DNA of 64,000 nucleotides from Fimbriosthenelais zetlandica (GCA_977030845.1 OZ365113.1:15500001-15564000); one strand, 5' to 3'. Shown: positions 23,411 through 37,457, counted from the first letter of the stretch. Translations and numbers: made by a program. The notes: generated by a model not told the origin, from the letters alone.

Positions 23411-26400
23411 CCCGCAGTTATAACTCCCCAAGATGGTCAATTATCGCCCAAACCCCCGAGCGATAATATAAGAAATAAGCCCTAGATTCATCAACACTTC
23501 CACATCAGCGACTCCCGGAGTGCCACTATATGTGCGATCAGGCGGTAATAGGGAATAGATGTGTTGTGTGGGTTTTTTCTTTGTCCTTAGCCCTCCGTAA
23601 TTCCCAAAGGTGAGAGCGCCGTAATAAATTGTGCTTCTCACATATGAACGACCTTTTCATTATTTTTTATTAGGATAAATTTATAACTTTAAAAATTTGT
23701 ATGGTATTTTTAAAGATTGTGTGTGATGCAAGCCTAGCACTGCCCTTTATGAGGGTTGGAAAAAAATGTGACGCCACACTTGAAGTAGCAATATGCAGGG
23801 CGCATCCATTGTACAGAGAAGTGGTGCTGAGGGACCATTCCATGCTCATAAGTCCTGGCTGGCTCGCTCCTTTCTCTCTCCACCTCACACCATCCTACTC
23901 CTCGTCTCCCTCCTCTCTCTCATTCTCCTGCCTCTTGAACGATACATATGAACAGCCGCGCCATAATCACCTGACAATGGCGTCGTAATCACGTCCTTAT
24001 TAAAACCGTCAGAGAGGCCACTTGGGTCGTGGGCATCTAGGCCATCTCGCGACCCAAATAACGCTAGAAACCCTGGAGATTTCTGTTGACAATTACTCGG
24101 GGATAGCTGTTTTTTGCTACATATTCCCCTCGTGTAGCATCCATTATGTCTCTATTGATTTTAGCTAGTACATCTTGCCTAGTAACTCGCGACCCCCAAT
24201 CCCCAAATGATAAAGTAAAAGTCTCGTCATAGACTTAAATAACATTGGTAGGCTACATGGTGGGTTCCTGACCCTCAGCACTTTCCCCTTATCTAGAACT
24301 TATATCTATAGATTCCATTAGGTCATGGTTGTATATTGTGCCCTGCGTTTTAATCCAGGAGCGTATTAAAAGAAATGAAGAGATAAGATGATTTTGGTCT
24401 CTCAATGTAGCCTTCTCGATGTGCGGTTGCTCTTGGAGTGAACTTATTAACACTTGGTATGAAAAGCACATTTTTCTCCTAAGATGGCCGCATTTTGCCT
24501 CGGGGTTTGAGATCGAGGCGCCAAGGTCCCCGGTGAGAGGAACAAAGTCATCCCCGGGATCCACGACACAATCAATGTCGCACCCGTCTAATACCTCCCA
24601 TTATTGCTCAGCTACGCCCATTATCGCCCACGTCGCTCAGATGCACTCAGCCGTAATATGGCGGCGATGACACGGCGTTTTGTGAGCAGAAAGGCAGGGT
24701 GTCAGTGAATGATCTCTGTAAAACCCGCAGGCAGCGAGATCACGTCCCCCGAGGCTTGGCGATGACACATGAGTGAAATGGAGGGTTTAATGAGGGCCGC
24801 CAACGGCCGCTAGGGGGTGATAGAGGCGGGGTAAAGCACTGTCCCCCTCTACAGGCGACGATCCTGAAGGCGCGTCCTGAAAATACGACCAGCAGTTCAA
24901 TAAGAAGACAATTCCCCAGCCAGTGGACAAGAATCTTTCAAATAATTGAGATTACAATCTATCGCTGACACAACATGACCTTCAAATGTGACATCTTACC
25001 TGAGGGCAAATGTTAGCAGACGACAATTTATGTGCGAGTGATAATAGGGGGCACGGGGCGATAAATGGCGGATTGACTAAAGAAGATAATCATCATGTAA
25101 TGATTGCCGCTAACAAAACATCCAAGAACAAGTCCTTTTCATGCCTCCGCCCTAAACCTCACGCCCAAATAAAACAGTGTTTGGTCCTTTATTGCATGCT
25201 ACAAATGACTTTTTGTTTCCCTTTAGATGTAGAAAACATCTAATGATGCAGGTGGCCAATCGCTGTGTCAATCTCATTATCACGAGGTCCCTGTATGATC
25301 ATCTTCATATACAGTAGGCCTATAGGTCTATACTTGCTGAAAATCTCTAAGCCTATATATCCATCTGCAGTATCGAACTTGATTCCTCGTTATAACGGGT
25401 GGTTTCAAATGCGAGGCCCGATATTAAGTTTCCATAGATGGCAATGAAGGAAATAATTACGAAAAGGCCTTTTAATAAAATTGAGTTGATTTGTGAACGA
25501 TTACTGGAAGATTGGCTTTACTCTATAAGTGACTGCTCTCCTCCATCAGTGATTGGCAGTTTGATCGGGAGGCGTTTATTGTGGATGACACATGCCCCGC
25601 TCTGCACATTAACCTCACTTAACAGCAGACAACAAAATGAATGACGGCAGCGACAGACACCGATTTCTGCGCCAAAATATTTACAAGAATATCTATAGGC
25701 CTATACTCTATACAGTAACGATTCTTTTGTATGGGTCGTTGAAGAAATCTAATTACCAGATCGATTGATTTCTCTGTCCTCGGGACTAAAACAATGAATT
25801 GTTCCACATGGTTTTTTTTATTACAAGGCAAATTAAAGCGATGCAATTTAAAGCCTTTGAAGGTATGGTGAAACAATTCACCAGTGCACGCGTCATTTAC
25901 ACTGTTTCACAGCGTCACCCCTGATTACCTGTTGTTTCATGTATACTCGTTACGAGTGTTGAGGGAGGTGTGGTCCACCATTGTCTCACATTAATTGCTC
26001 TGTGCTAAATTAGAGACTATGGACAACGGCCGTGGAGTGATGTCTTCCACCCACCACAGTTAATATATATAGGCCGTTATGACCTGAGACAATAGCTCAC
26101 AGAGCTAATTGATGGGTATACGCGTGTTAAATTATATCAGAAGCAAACAGTTTGCCGAGAGAAGATAGTGATGTTAATGAAGCGAGAGGAAATTAAAATT
26201 GGGTGAATAATTTCATACATTGAAACAATTGGTGGCCATCCTCTTTAGCAATTCAGATATTTTTTTTTAAGAAAGGAAGGCCTATTCATTATTGCCCTTG
26301 GAATAGGCCATGATGCTGGAGGGAGTCGGGGTTACTCGAGTCTCATCAAAGCCATTGATTATAACGCCTAATGACAGGGTGATATAATCCCGATCAACCA

Positions 26401-28622
26401 AGCGTTCTAATTGATAAACTGTAGAATCATGTCCTAATGTTAAGAGATGCGGCGAGGAAGAGATAGTTAAACATTGTTATACAATATCTACCAGGGCGTG
26501 AAGCCTTTATGAAGATTAAAGGTCTATTTAGTAGGTTTAACCAGTAGGGATTTCAGTTTATTTGGGTGCATCATTTGGACCGGAACTGCATCCATGGCAT
26601 TGAAATATATAAATAGTCCTTGATGGCATCTGACAGTGGAATTCAGTGATATATTTAGGCACACATTTTTGTGTGTTAAAAGGGCGCAGGTACTGAACAC
26701 CAAATTGCCACTGATGTTAATTCCTGGGTTTATCACAAATCCCTTCTTTCCCGTGATTTTCTTTGCTATTTCTGGGTCTAATCATGGCGCCCCCTGTGGC
26801 CTCATGTCAGTCAGTACAGACGTCGCACCTAACGTCATCCTCTCATCGTCGCTCTGATGTAAAATCCGTCTAATTCACCGACGTGCTGCGTTCGTGACGG
26901 CACAAAAGGCGATGGTGCTGTCCCCAGACGGTGGCATTATTTACTAACAGAGTGGAGAGCACCTCTTCATGCAAGACATGAGTTGGCAGAGCCGGAAGAT
27001 GGCTTCTGCGCCTGCGTGGATAAGCCTGTAAAGGTAGTCTTTTAATTACGGCATACTAAGCGATGTTTCCATCCTCTGATCAAACACAAAGTGCGATTCT
27101 GCGCATTTAGTTAGTCGTGTGGACCTGAAAAGGCGGCGCGCTTTTGATGGGGACGCGTCCAGAGAGGAAAAGGCGAGAAGAGTATTTCATGTTATTTTGG
27201 AGCTGATTCCACAGCGGAGGCCTCTTAATTTGGCATGAAGTGCGAGCTTGGGATCGTGCAATCCCTCAACGCCGCCACTTGAAAGGAAAATAGCTCCTTT
27301 TTAGATGGCATCGACTAGAGGGTATAGAAGAGTGGAGAAGGGGCGACTGTGGGAGCATTTCAATGGCCGAGACCTCTAAGTTAATTGGCTTTACGGACTA
27401 CATTCTCCGTGCCTACATTGCTTCTTTATGTTTATCTAGGCCCCATCACTCAGCTGCACAAATGCTTCCGCCGTCGCGCTACCGCCTTCAAAGCGACGGG
27501 GTCGGCGGCAGTGGGCGCGGGTACGGTGGCCCTGAAGTGGATTTGGATTTGAGGAGGCGGTGGAGGGTGCTTGACGCGCGGGAAGCGGGCCTGAGCACAA
27601 TGGTGGGCTGTGTCATGGTCCTGTACCCACAAATACTCGCCAGGTCTCTCACTGAGCCCATCGGCAAGAGAAATCAGCCTCTGAGGAGAAAACATCTAAA
27701 CCACATAAGCAGAGCTAGATTAAAATAACAGGTCAAATATTCATGTCATCTTCAATGCACACTTCATTAGCTGTTGGCTGCATACTTGAATTATGCCAAT
27801 CGGATTTGATATAGACGTCTCAGATCTTTTGGAATTTTTATTCCAATCAAGATGAGAGTTTGCTTTAAACTCAATTTTGCTACATTGCTTAGTGTTAGTT
27901 TATATTCTGGCACTTTCCAATGTTACTAAAAGGCTCCCAGAATTGGGATGATCATTTAGTATTCATTCTTTCACAGGCTGTATGAATCACGCAGGTTTAT
28001 TGATGACATTTCTGATTCAAGTATTGTTCATTTCACGCAAACCTATTCCCCTGTTACCTCATATGCTCATACAATTTTTCCCCCTTGTCAGGATTCGCCA
28101 ATTTCCCATCAATTCACTGGAGACACTTGAATCCACTTGGGGACGCGGTGGGTGATCCGCACCCTCCCTGTACTTGTAAAGGAGCCTACCTATGGCCATG
28201 GTCCAGGGGGATTTTCTTGAAGTACTTTTCATGCCTAAAGTTGTTCTTTTTCCTCCTGCGCACCTTGCATGTTACTTTATAGAATACATCATTGCTGTGC
28301 ATGTGTGTTGGCCACCACGCCACCTAGTCACACCTGAGGTAATTTGCTTAATGTACCAGACTGAAGATTTTCTTCATTTGGAATTCTTGCCTCTTGCCGG
28401 CCACGCACTAGCCCGACACGCATGGTCCACGCCTACCCCGACGCCGCCCCGACGCCCTAATTAATATTGAGCATGAAATATACATCATCTCTTGAAACTC
28501 ATTGGATTTAAGTAATTAACACAATATTTATTGCCAGGCGATGTACATGACAAATCAAAGGATTTTACCCATCCGACATTAAATTGGGCAGAACGCTGCC
28601 ATTTACAACAAAAGCTCCAGGC

Positions 28623-28626
28623 AAAA
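28623..28626 (-). terminator. Pol III terminator (T4) of tRNA-Ile
   Basis: TTTT on the minus strand 6 nt after the tRNA 3' end. Confidence 0.7.
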
Positions 28627-28632
28627 GCTGTC

Positions 28633-28706
28633 TGGCCAGTGTGGGGGTCGAACCCACGACATTCGCGTTATTAGCACGACGCTCTAACCAACTGAGCTAA
28701 CCGGCC
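28633..28706 (-). tRNA. tRNA-Ile, anticodon AAT
   Basis: GGCCGGTTAGCTCAGTTGGTTAGAGCGTCGTGCTAATAACGCGAATGTCGTGGGTTCGACCCCCACACTGGCCA. Full cloverleaf: 7-bp acceptor, GCTC/GAGC D-stem, TCGTG/CGCGA anticodon stem, GTGGG/CCCAC T-stem; A and B boxes intact. Confidence 0.97.
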
Positions 28707-31247
28707 AGTAGTGACCAATGTCTACCATCCATGGAGTGTACATGTGAAGGTTGCGCTGAGAGAGAAGGGCAAACAACAGTCAGGAGATGCCAACTCCCCG
28801 ACAGGGAACATGTGAGACACTTTGAGATGTAATTGTTATATCTACTGTACACATCTTGTTGGCACGTGAGGAGAGTCACGGTGGCACCATGACTTACCTG
28901 GCCTGGAACCAAAACGTCTCCATCCTGGATCTCGCTACTCAAGGTATACACAACTAGGCCTATAGGCCTATACTCCCATCCTTTATCATCAGGGCAGAAG
29001 TGATTACTGCCATGGGATCGGAGCAATACCTTGCTCGGTCAAACCTTTGTTTAACTGATGGTCTTTTAATGCCCTGGGATAAGCAGGCCAAGTCCTAGAC
29101 TTTCACAAACATTTTAACGGAGTGCCTATAGTATGGTTCTATATTGGCCAAGCCAGGTATATAGGGAATGTAGGTATTGGGAATTTTGACGCTCTGAAGT
29201 TTTCAGATGGAACATGCCCAATTACAGGGATTCATGCTAGAGGTGTCTCTAGTTCATCTGAATTGCTAAGGGCCCTTTTTCCGTTTATATATGTAGCTGA
29301 TAAAGTACACAAGCTACATTAGTTCTGTTTATGTTGGAATCATTCCGACGAATGAACAAGCAGAACGCTCTATACTGTGGACTTACCAACCGTGTCTAAA
29401 AGGGACAAATTGTCTGTGCATAGTTTGTTGGCCGAAACATGCATGTGAGGAGGCAGGTTTTGCATGCTGGGCAGGAAAAATGAAGATGGCACAGAAAAGT
29501 GGTCTCTGTATACGTACATGTATGTAAATAATTATATGAACATTATGTGAATAATTCCGGCCTAATGCCATGCAGCTCATCAATAACAGTCTGCTATACA
29601 TGTATATTTGTATAGTCTGTGAGACCGAAATTCCCAACACCATAATGCCTTTCCTGGCAAAATAATGTGATATAATATCCCATTCTCTCATCTGGGGAAA
29701 TATCAACTAGGTGATCTTTATAATCCCTGCATAATTACTACTGAGCTGGTCAGTAGTAAATGTCCCGCGGGGAGCCATCCCCATGGCTGGCCTTCACAAT
29801 AGAGCCGTGTATTTTGTTCTCACCCAGTGGTTTGCTCGTACTTCTTGTGTACTTGCTGACTGCAGGTTAATAAAGTTAATAGTCTGCAGCCTAGCAAGGC
29901 AGGTATACAAGAAAATCGCTTCAGTGGATTATTAAGTATCGCGTGCCTTCTGTTCACTGCCCCTGCTACAGTAGAAATAATTCATGAACGATTTCCCATT
30001 GCCACGGGTCGAGCAATTCTTGGATTGATTAACTTAGGCTACCTAACAAAAAGGCCATGTTAGAGACTCAGAAGTGGACTCCATAATTAGAATCGAAACA
30101 TAAAACTCCCACCTTTTGTAGTATATCTATGAAAATATAATTTATTACCACTAAGAAAGTTTGGGGGAACTTTAATCCTTTCAGAGGAAGTTTTGTGCCT
30201 GAATACAGTGGCAGGAACCTCATCAAGTGAGTGCTCTTACCCATAATATGTTTCAAACTTACTTGAGCTTTATGAAGGAAAAACTTCCTCATGAAAAGAT
30301 GTGCCACAAGAAAATAGAACAAAAGGTCCATCTCATAGATTACGTTACTTAAGAAAAGGGAGCATGATCTCAAGGGTACCATTTTAAAATTTTCCTGCTG
30401 TAACAATTCTTTATCCGCAAATGCCGTGATGTCATCAAAATAAAGCGTCAGATCACGTGACGCTAGGCTCAGATTAAACCAACATCTCATGGTTGGCATC
30501 ATGTTGTTACGCAAGAACTTAGATGTTTTTGTGCTTTTCATTTTATTCGTGCTCGCTAATTCAAATTAATCACTTTTGCCCCAGAAGGCATTTAGCTTCC
30601 AGACTGATTTCAAAATTGAGATGTCTGTTAAATAATAATTAAAAAGAGACCGACCTAAATACAAAGTTCAAAATCTGCAGGACAATTTCTACAATTAGAC
30701 TATTTCCAAAATTCGCTGCCATGCTTAAGATCACATCAGACCTGGCTGCATTAGGTTTCAGATCTCTTTTCATGGTCTAAAAGTCGGTCCATGAAAGATT
30801 GTTCTGCCATTGTATGCTCACCCTTCAAAAAAGCAACTGCAGGTGTCGCCTACAGTGAATGGGCGTAGAACGACCCTGGCGGTGAGGCTGTTCCTAAGTC
30901 CCTTTTTGGAATGATTTTCTTTTCATGACCTGTCCCGGACCTAATGGTCTTGATGAATGAAGACGTGAAGTTTAGAGTTTGATCGCGTGATGGCTGCTCG
31001 GGGGATGCAGATGTGTTTTTTTTCATTGGGCGTTAATTTTTGTGACGACTGAACCAACTAGAATGATGCTTGTGATAGGGAGGTGTGAAGAGGCCTGGTG
31101 GCTTCCCTGGATCGATACAATTTGAAAAATGTTTCTCCCCATGAAAAAAAAATAGATAAACTAGATAACTTTCTACTCTAGTTATGGGAGAGGATCTTTC
31201 GCCCCTTCCTCCGTCATCTTCCAACCCATCCCCACTTGTTTTACTCG

Positions 31248-31304
31248 GTCTCTGTCTCTGTCTCTGTCTCTCTCTGTCTCTGTCTCTGACTCTCTGTCTC
31301 TCTC
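31248..31304. repeat. (GTCTCT)n/(TC)n microsatellite
   Basis: GTCTCTGTCTCTGTCTCTGTCTCTCTCTGTCTCTGTCTCTGACTCTCTGTCTCTCTC. Confidence 0.9.
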
Positions 31305-31721
31305 CGGAAAATGGATTTTCCAGACTATAGTCTACAAGCGATAGACGTCTTTTAGGAGGCCATGCATGTGTGTCCGGTCGCTAACCATTTAAAGTTCTCA
31401 CTGGACCGACAACAAATATTCAACAGAATCCCGGCAGGGGACGCTCCGAGCCGTTCGTTTACTCAATAGCTGTCATTGTGACGGAAATCTCGCCACCTCC
31501 AGCCACGTGTGCGAGACTCTGCGGGAGCTGGGCTCGCGGCCAGCACAGGTGCGCGATGGACAAGTATTCAGTCAGCGGTGGATGGCTCAACTTTGTCATA
31601 GATCGTGTTTACATTAGTCTAATGGAAGAACTGATGTAAAAGACGTTTTCGTCATCTTGTTATTCTTTCTGGGTATTTGACCTGCAAGAATAATGTTACC
31701 TCAATTATTGGCTAGACCTAG

Positions 31722-31788
31722 GGCCTATTGGGTCGAACCCAGGGCATTGGGCGTTATTCATCCGTCCCTCTATCCGAGCTAACAGGCC
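31722..31788 (-). pseudogene. Degenerate tRNA-Ile(AAT)-derived element
   Basis: Minus strand GGCCTGTTAGCTCGGATAGAGGGACGGATGAATAACGCCCAATGCCCTGGGTTCGACCCAATAGGCC shares colinear blocks GGCC, GTTAGCTC, TAGAG, AATAACGC, AATG, TGGGTTCGACCC and GGCC with the intact tRNA. D and T loops are shortened and the anticodon stem is disrupted. Confidence 0.8.
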
Positions 31789-34700
31789 CTATACCCTACT
31801 GTATTATGAACAACCTTACACAGTGATATTACCATAGACCCCCTTAATTAATAGATTACACTTGGAGATCATCGGAATTGAAAAATCCAAGAACTATTGG
31901 TAGTATAAACACGGTATATTATTTTCATATCCAACAAGGGTAAATTTATCAGGCAGTTTACCTTTGCTCATTTTGCATTGGACACATCCCCCAATGCGGT
32001 GATCGGCGTATTGATCACTCTCTAATGAGTAGTGTGATAGGGCTCGGTATTGAACTCCCAACACCTCCACCACCCTCGATACGGGCGCTTGCCAAAGTAG
32101 GCTGGGCACCGCTTGAAGGATTTTTCTGCAAACTTGCTCCTTCTGAAAAGATCTCCCATCGATTTCCGGCAGGAGAACTGGAATGTGCATACGTCACTTC
32201 CGCCTGAATGCACACGTGGATTTTTGCTTCATTATGGCGGATTGTGGAGTGTATGAATGTGTTTTTATTTTGTAAAATGTAAAACACTTCTTCCATAGGG
32301 AGAGGCGGGTTTGAAGTATTTCAAGTGGAAATATTTTAAAAACCAACCGTTAGTTTCTCACTGAATTATTTTTACTCGGTTGCTTGACTTCCTGTTATGT
32401 AAGAAAGCTGACAAAACCATGTGTGAAGACTAACAGCAAACAAACCTTTTCCCTGTCCTTCCTTATCTGCTTCTGCACAACATTTTAGAGTATAGCATTA
32501 GTTTCTTGGTTAAATAAATATTCAAAGATTGGAGCATACTTTTAAATTTAAAAGTCCTCAGCCTACGGGAAAAAGTTGTGTGTCAAAGATTATTTACAAT
32601 GTTAGCAAATGGGGATACAACATTAAGAAAATCTTGATATTGCAAAGATACTTCTGCATGGAGTATGGACAGGCACTTTTATCACGTGCATGTGCTCATA
32701 AAAGCCTTTTTCACACAGTGCTGTTCTTCAATATGCTGCATGCCAATTGGGAAAGGCCATAGCTTAAGTAAAAGGGTATGATTATACCCTGCATTGCTCT
32801 TTACCCATTATATTTGCTCCACAATCATCTACAGGCCCATCCTAGTCTAGAATCATCCACTCACACGCCTGATAACACCGAGTCTTGTCCCTTCAAATAG
32901 TAACAATACAAATCAGACTGATTCACAGGCTGGTTAACGCCATGTCAATGGCTAACTGGGAATAATTATTTCCCTATAGTGCCAGCCAAGAAAGACAGAA
33001 GACCCTGACCCTCTCTTCTCTAAATGGCCTTTAATATCATACCCCCTTTTTGCACCCTTTCTGCATCCTCCCTATACCAGACCCGACACTTCATATGTTA
33101 TTAAAGGTCATCTGATCGGGATGTAAGTCTTCATGGGCCACCTTATACCCCGCCTGCTAACTGGTGTCTTGTGACACTGTATTCACCATGTGCCGGACGC
33201 AGAAGGAACCTTCCCAGCCTTCCTTGCACTTCCGTTTGTCACGTGATATGTAGACGTATAACGGCACTCGGTAGAGAGGGCTGACAATGAGGACTATTTT
33301 GACTGGGCCAGTGAAAGGTGAGACGATTCTGAGAGAAAAGCAGGAATAAAGGTGCCCACAAACAGGGCGATATGTAGACGGCGGGGGGCATGATTCAAGG
33401 CACAGTTCCGCCAGGTGGCGTTTGTGGAAGGAACGGACGGCCTGGGAATTTTAGGGCATTTCTGACGAAGAGAAAGTTTCTGGCGGCAAGGTGACTTAAA
33501 AATATAGACCTAAGCCTAATTTTCTTCAAGTATAATTATATAATTGAATCATCGCTTGATTATTATATTATATACTTCATTAGGGGAGTTTAAAGCGATT
33601 CCTACTTTCACAGGTACATTATAGCAAGGAAACATCCCCTGAAGCTTTCACAGTGGTATTATCAGCTCACGTATTGCTGTCACAGATAGAACAGATTTTT
33701 ATGAATGACAATCTTTTGATGTTGAGGCTCTATAATTCCCAGCAGTTTGGTGTATTCCATGCATTTCTCAAATAAATAATCTGTCTTTTCATGTCTTCGT
33801 TTGGTAAGGGTGTGTCGGAATGGAAATAATAAAGGTAGAAAATAAAAGGCGCATTTCATTCATATAGTATCCATACTATTTGGCTATTATCAATACATCG
33901 GCTACTTTCTTTAAATATCTTGGAAAGCCGGAGGGCTCATCCTTTATAACGGGACAGGTCTCCTGTGCACCTGTGAAGGAAAATACAGGTAACCAAGCCT
34001 GGTGAATACCGCTATGGTTATTAACGCCCTCGTTCCTTTTAGAATCTTACCTTTAAAGGGACTATATAGAGCGCCAGAGTAACACTTGCAGTCTATCATT
34101 AAATCTGGGTTTAATTACAACCCACCACAATGACTATATCAATCTGCATTATAGTTCCCACTGGAAGAAGGGGCCTAAGGCAGCTGAGATATCTTTACCT
34201 CTGATCTGATGTCCCCAGGGCATCTTGCTGCGTCCTAATTGAATGTTTTTGAAGGGGCCAATTTGCGTGGTGATAAATATGCAAAGGCTGGTTCCAAGCC
34301 CCCTCGGGCGGGAGACGGAGTGTGGTGGGAGGGTGAGATTGAAGTAAGTGACCCGAGGGCCTATAGTATACGAAAAGGACTGAGTGTATATATAGTAGTG
34401 TACTTATTACCCCCTAATTATATTGTTAATTATATTGTGCAGGTCATACCTATATACTTAATGACTATACATGCAGATCTGTATACTTATACAGCCTATA
34501 TTTTGTATTTATAAGCTTTTTATCATTGTCGATCAGAGAGAAAAATAAACCTTGACCATTATGCATGGTCGATGAAGCTCCCCTCATGGACAGGTGAATC
34601 TCTGGTTGACACCCCAGCTTTGCTTGAGATACTTGAAGTTAACATTTGTCACAGGATCATATCCCGCGGGAACCGTTATCAACCGGAAGCGTATCTGCGC

Positions 34701-37429
34701 ACATGGTCTGCGCATGGGTGCGTGTCTGCCTCACTTATCGTGATCCCAGCTTCAACCAATCGAAGCTAAGCAGAAAGCAATGGACAATTCTAACCATGGA
34801 CATTAGCTATGTGATTGACAAGAAACCTACTGGAGACCAGAATATGTCCTCTGGCTGAAATACCTCCCAGCGAAACAATACATGACATGCACAGTCTTCC
34901 CGAGGATGTCATTTTAAAACTTGGCGCAGGCGCCTTCTCTACTTCCCGTGTCCCCATACGGTTGCGCTGGTTTTTGCTCTATACACGTTGCATTGTTTGA
35001 TTACAGACGTCAACGTTTCAATGGCAGACGGCAAAACATGCTAAGATCCGTGCATTCCCTGTATTTTTTTCAGCTTATCACATTTAAGACATAAATTGTC
35101 ATAGTGATGGGCATAAGTGGCGCACAAAACACGAAGACAAAACAGACCTGACATCGCCATTTTCTCTCCCGCGAGCCCTTGTCGCTGACGTCGTTTTCTG
35201 GTCGCTTTTTGCCTAGACGTGTATGCTGCAACGATGGGTTTTTCGCGGCACTAATACCATGCGATTGTATTGCTGACGATGAAGCTACCTTTTTTCTTGT
35301 CTCACGCTTCTCAGAGACAGGAAAAGCTTTGTTTTTGTTATATGGCTCAGTATGAATACAGCACTTAAAAGTTTGAACTTTGCTGATGCTTCTTTTTACA
35401 AGGCACGACTGATCTCTAACTTTACATCAGAGGTATGGCGCAAACTCTGTCCAACTTCAGTGTTGCACTTCAGTCTCCACATAAACACTATAGGCCTACT
35501 GCTGAGCAATTTCTTGGAAAATACTCAAATTCGGTTTTTCCTCCCCTGGGACAGTTTTCTTGAGATCGTTCCATAAGAAGATGTTTGTCGTTTCATAAGC
35601 CAAGGAAGCTGATGGGAACGTAATGCCTGATGATTTTATGAAGTAGGCCCCCTACCTCAGCTTCATTTTATAAAGCTTCAGGGCCAGAAATGAATAGTAA
35701 AAATGGCATGGGCGATTAATTCTAAAGAGGCAGCTGGAATTCGTGGCTATCGGAAATAAAAGCCATAGTGCTCATAATAAACATAGTTATTAAATCAACT
35801 GGTGAATGTGTAATGTAAGTGCACTTCATGTATCCTCACATCTGCAGGAGCGACCCGTATTTATAATAGAGTAATTAGAGTGGGGGGGCATCGACTTGGC
35901 CGTTCTACATCACATATATAATGTACTTATGGGGCTTGGTGATTAGTATATTTATGCGACTATGTTTTGTCAAAAATAAGAATGTAGATTTTATTAACAG
36001 ATCAAGAGTATACAAGAGCTCTTGACGCGTGCATATTTGTGTTGTGATATACCGAACCGACCACATTGACTGCGGTGCAAGTGCACACCGAGGATCCGCG
36101 ACTGGCACGCTCCAAACAAAGAGCTAGCGAAAGTATTTTATAAATGCCTAAGAAATTTAACAAATTAAGTCATGCATATAAAAGTTATTAAAAAAAAGTG
36201 GGGAAAACTTTTTTTATCAATTTAAATTCATGTGTTTATTTTAAATTGTTCATTCTGCGTGAAAGGGGTAAGTTTGAGATATCAGATGTGCAGCATGCAT
36301 TGATTGTTTCAACATGTTAATTTATGAGTGCAGTCCACCAAAAAACAACAAACGTGTACATTTCTCTCCCCGTTAATGTCAAACTAAAGTGATGTAGTTA
36401 AGGAAATTAGTTTAATTGCTAAAGGTGACCAAATGTTATGCGCATCTCAGTATTGTAACTAGAGTTTGGCGTATGTAATTTGGTCGTGAACATGGCATGG
36501 ATGTCGCCACGTGGGAAGAGTGGCGATAATTAGGGGAATCTTTAATGAATTGACCATCTGTCTGTTGTAATTTACCCCAATCATCCCTCACTGGCATATG
36601 TACAGCCATATGCTAACGATACATACAAAATATCAGAAGATCATGAACTAGTCAAAAGTAATGATGGAGGGCTGCATGCGTTTCACATGCTCCTGAATCT
36701 GTCAGCCTACTGCATGTATGGCGAATATTGGGTGATTTCATACATTCACAACCCCAATGATGGCTTTATGGGGGTTCATTTGGTGGTTTGCAACATGCAA
36801 GCTGAAACAATATGGCAGCCAGGTGGGAACGGGTAGTAGCGGATAGGGCAATCCTTTACCGGTAATTTCCATAATCACGGCTCAAATCTCGCGCTCACGA
36901 GAGCTGACAAAGGGTCGTCACGAGGGAACAGGTTTAATTTGGGTTGACAGACTGATGATGGGAAGAGTTGATTCGGAAAAGGGACAATTAGAAAACTAAT
37001 AAATCTACATTATCATGGTTCTCTAGTCCATACTCAAATATTCATGATTAAACTTTGATTGTGATAGTTTAATTCAATGCCATTCAATTTGATGGTCAAA
37101 TGAATGCTTCTAACTATCAATTGAGTTCGGGTATTATCATATCATTATCATTTCTGAACAGGAACTTATATCAGCCAGAGGTTTACCATTACAATATTTG
37201 TTTCCACACTTATACATTTAGGCATACACAACTATACCACCCCCAGCCAGCCCTTTAGTTTGCCATAAGGTCCTATGAGACGCACAGACCTCTACACATG
37301 TACACTTATTGTACTTACCATGCACAGTCATTTAGCATGTGACTTTAGCATAGATATTTTTCAAAGTTGTGTAAAAATAACTCTAATGATGAACAAAAAG
37401 TTGCCTGAAATAATTCTGTTTGTTTTGAG

Positions 37430-37457
37430 CAACGAGAGTAAAATTTTACTCTCGTTG
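37430..37457. repeat. Perfect 28-bp palindrome
   Basis: CAACGAGAGTAAAA|TTTTACTCTCGTTG, with no spacer. Confidence 0.9.

Noticed and set aside
30068-30541. 157-aa minus-strand ORF
   Set aside because: No domain, non-coding-like composition, no splice support.
31894-32296. Four overlapping ORFs (all three minus frames plus one plus frame)
   Set aside because: A stop-free overlap of ~55 codons is expected occasionally by chance in GC-richer patches; no homology recognised.
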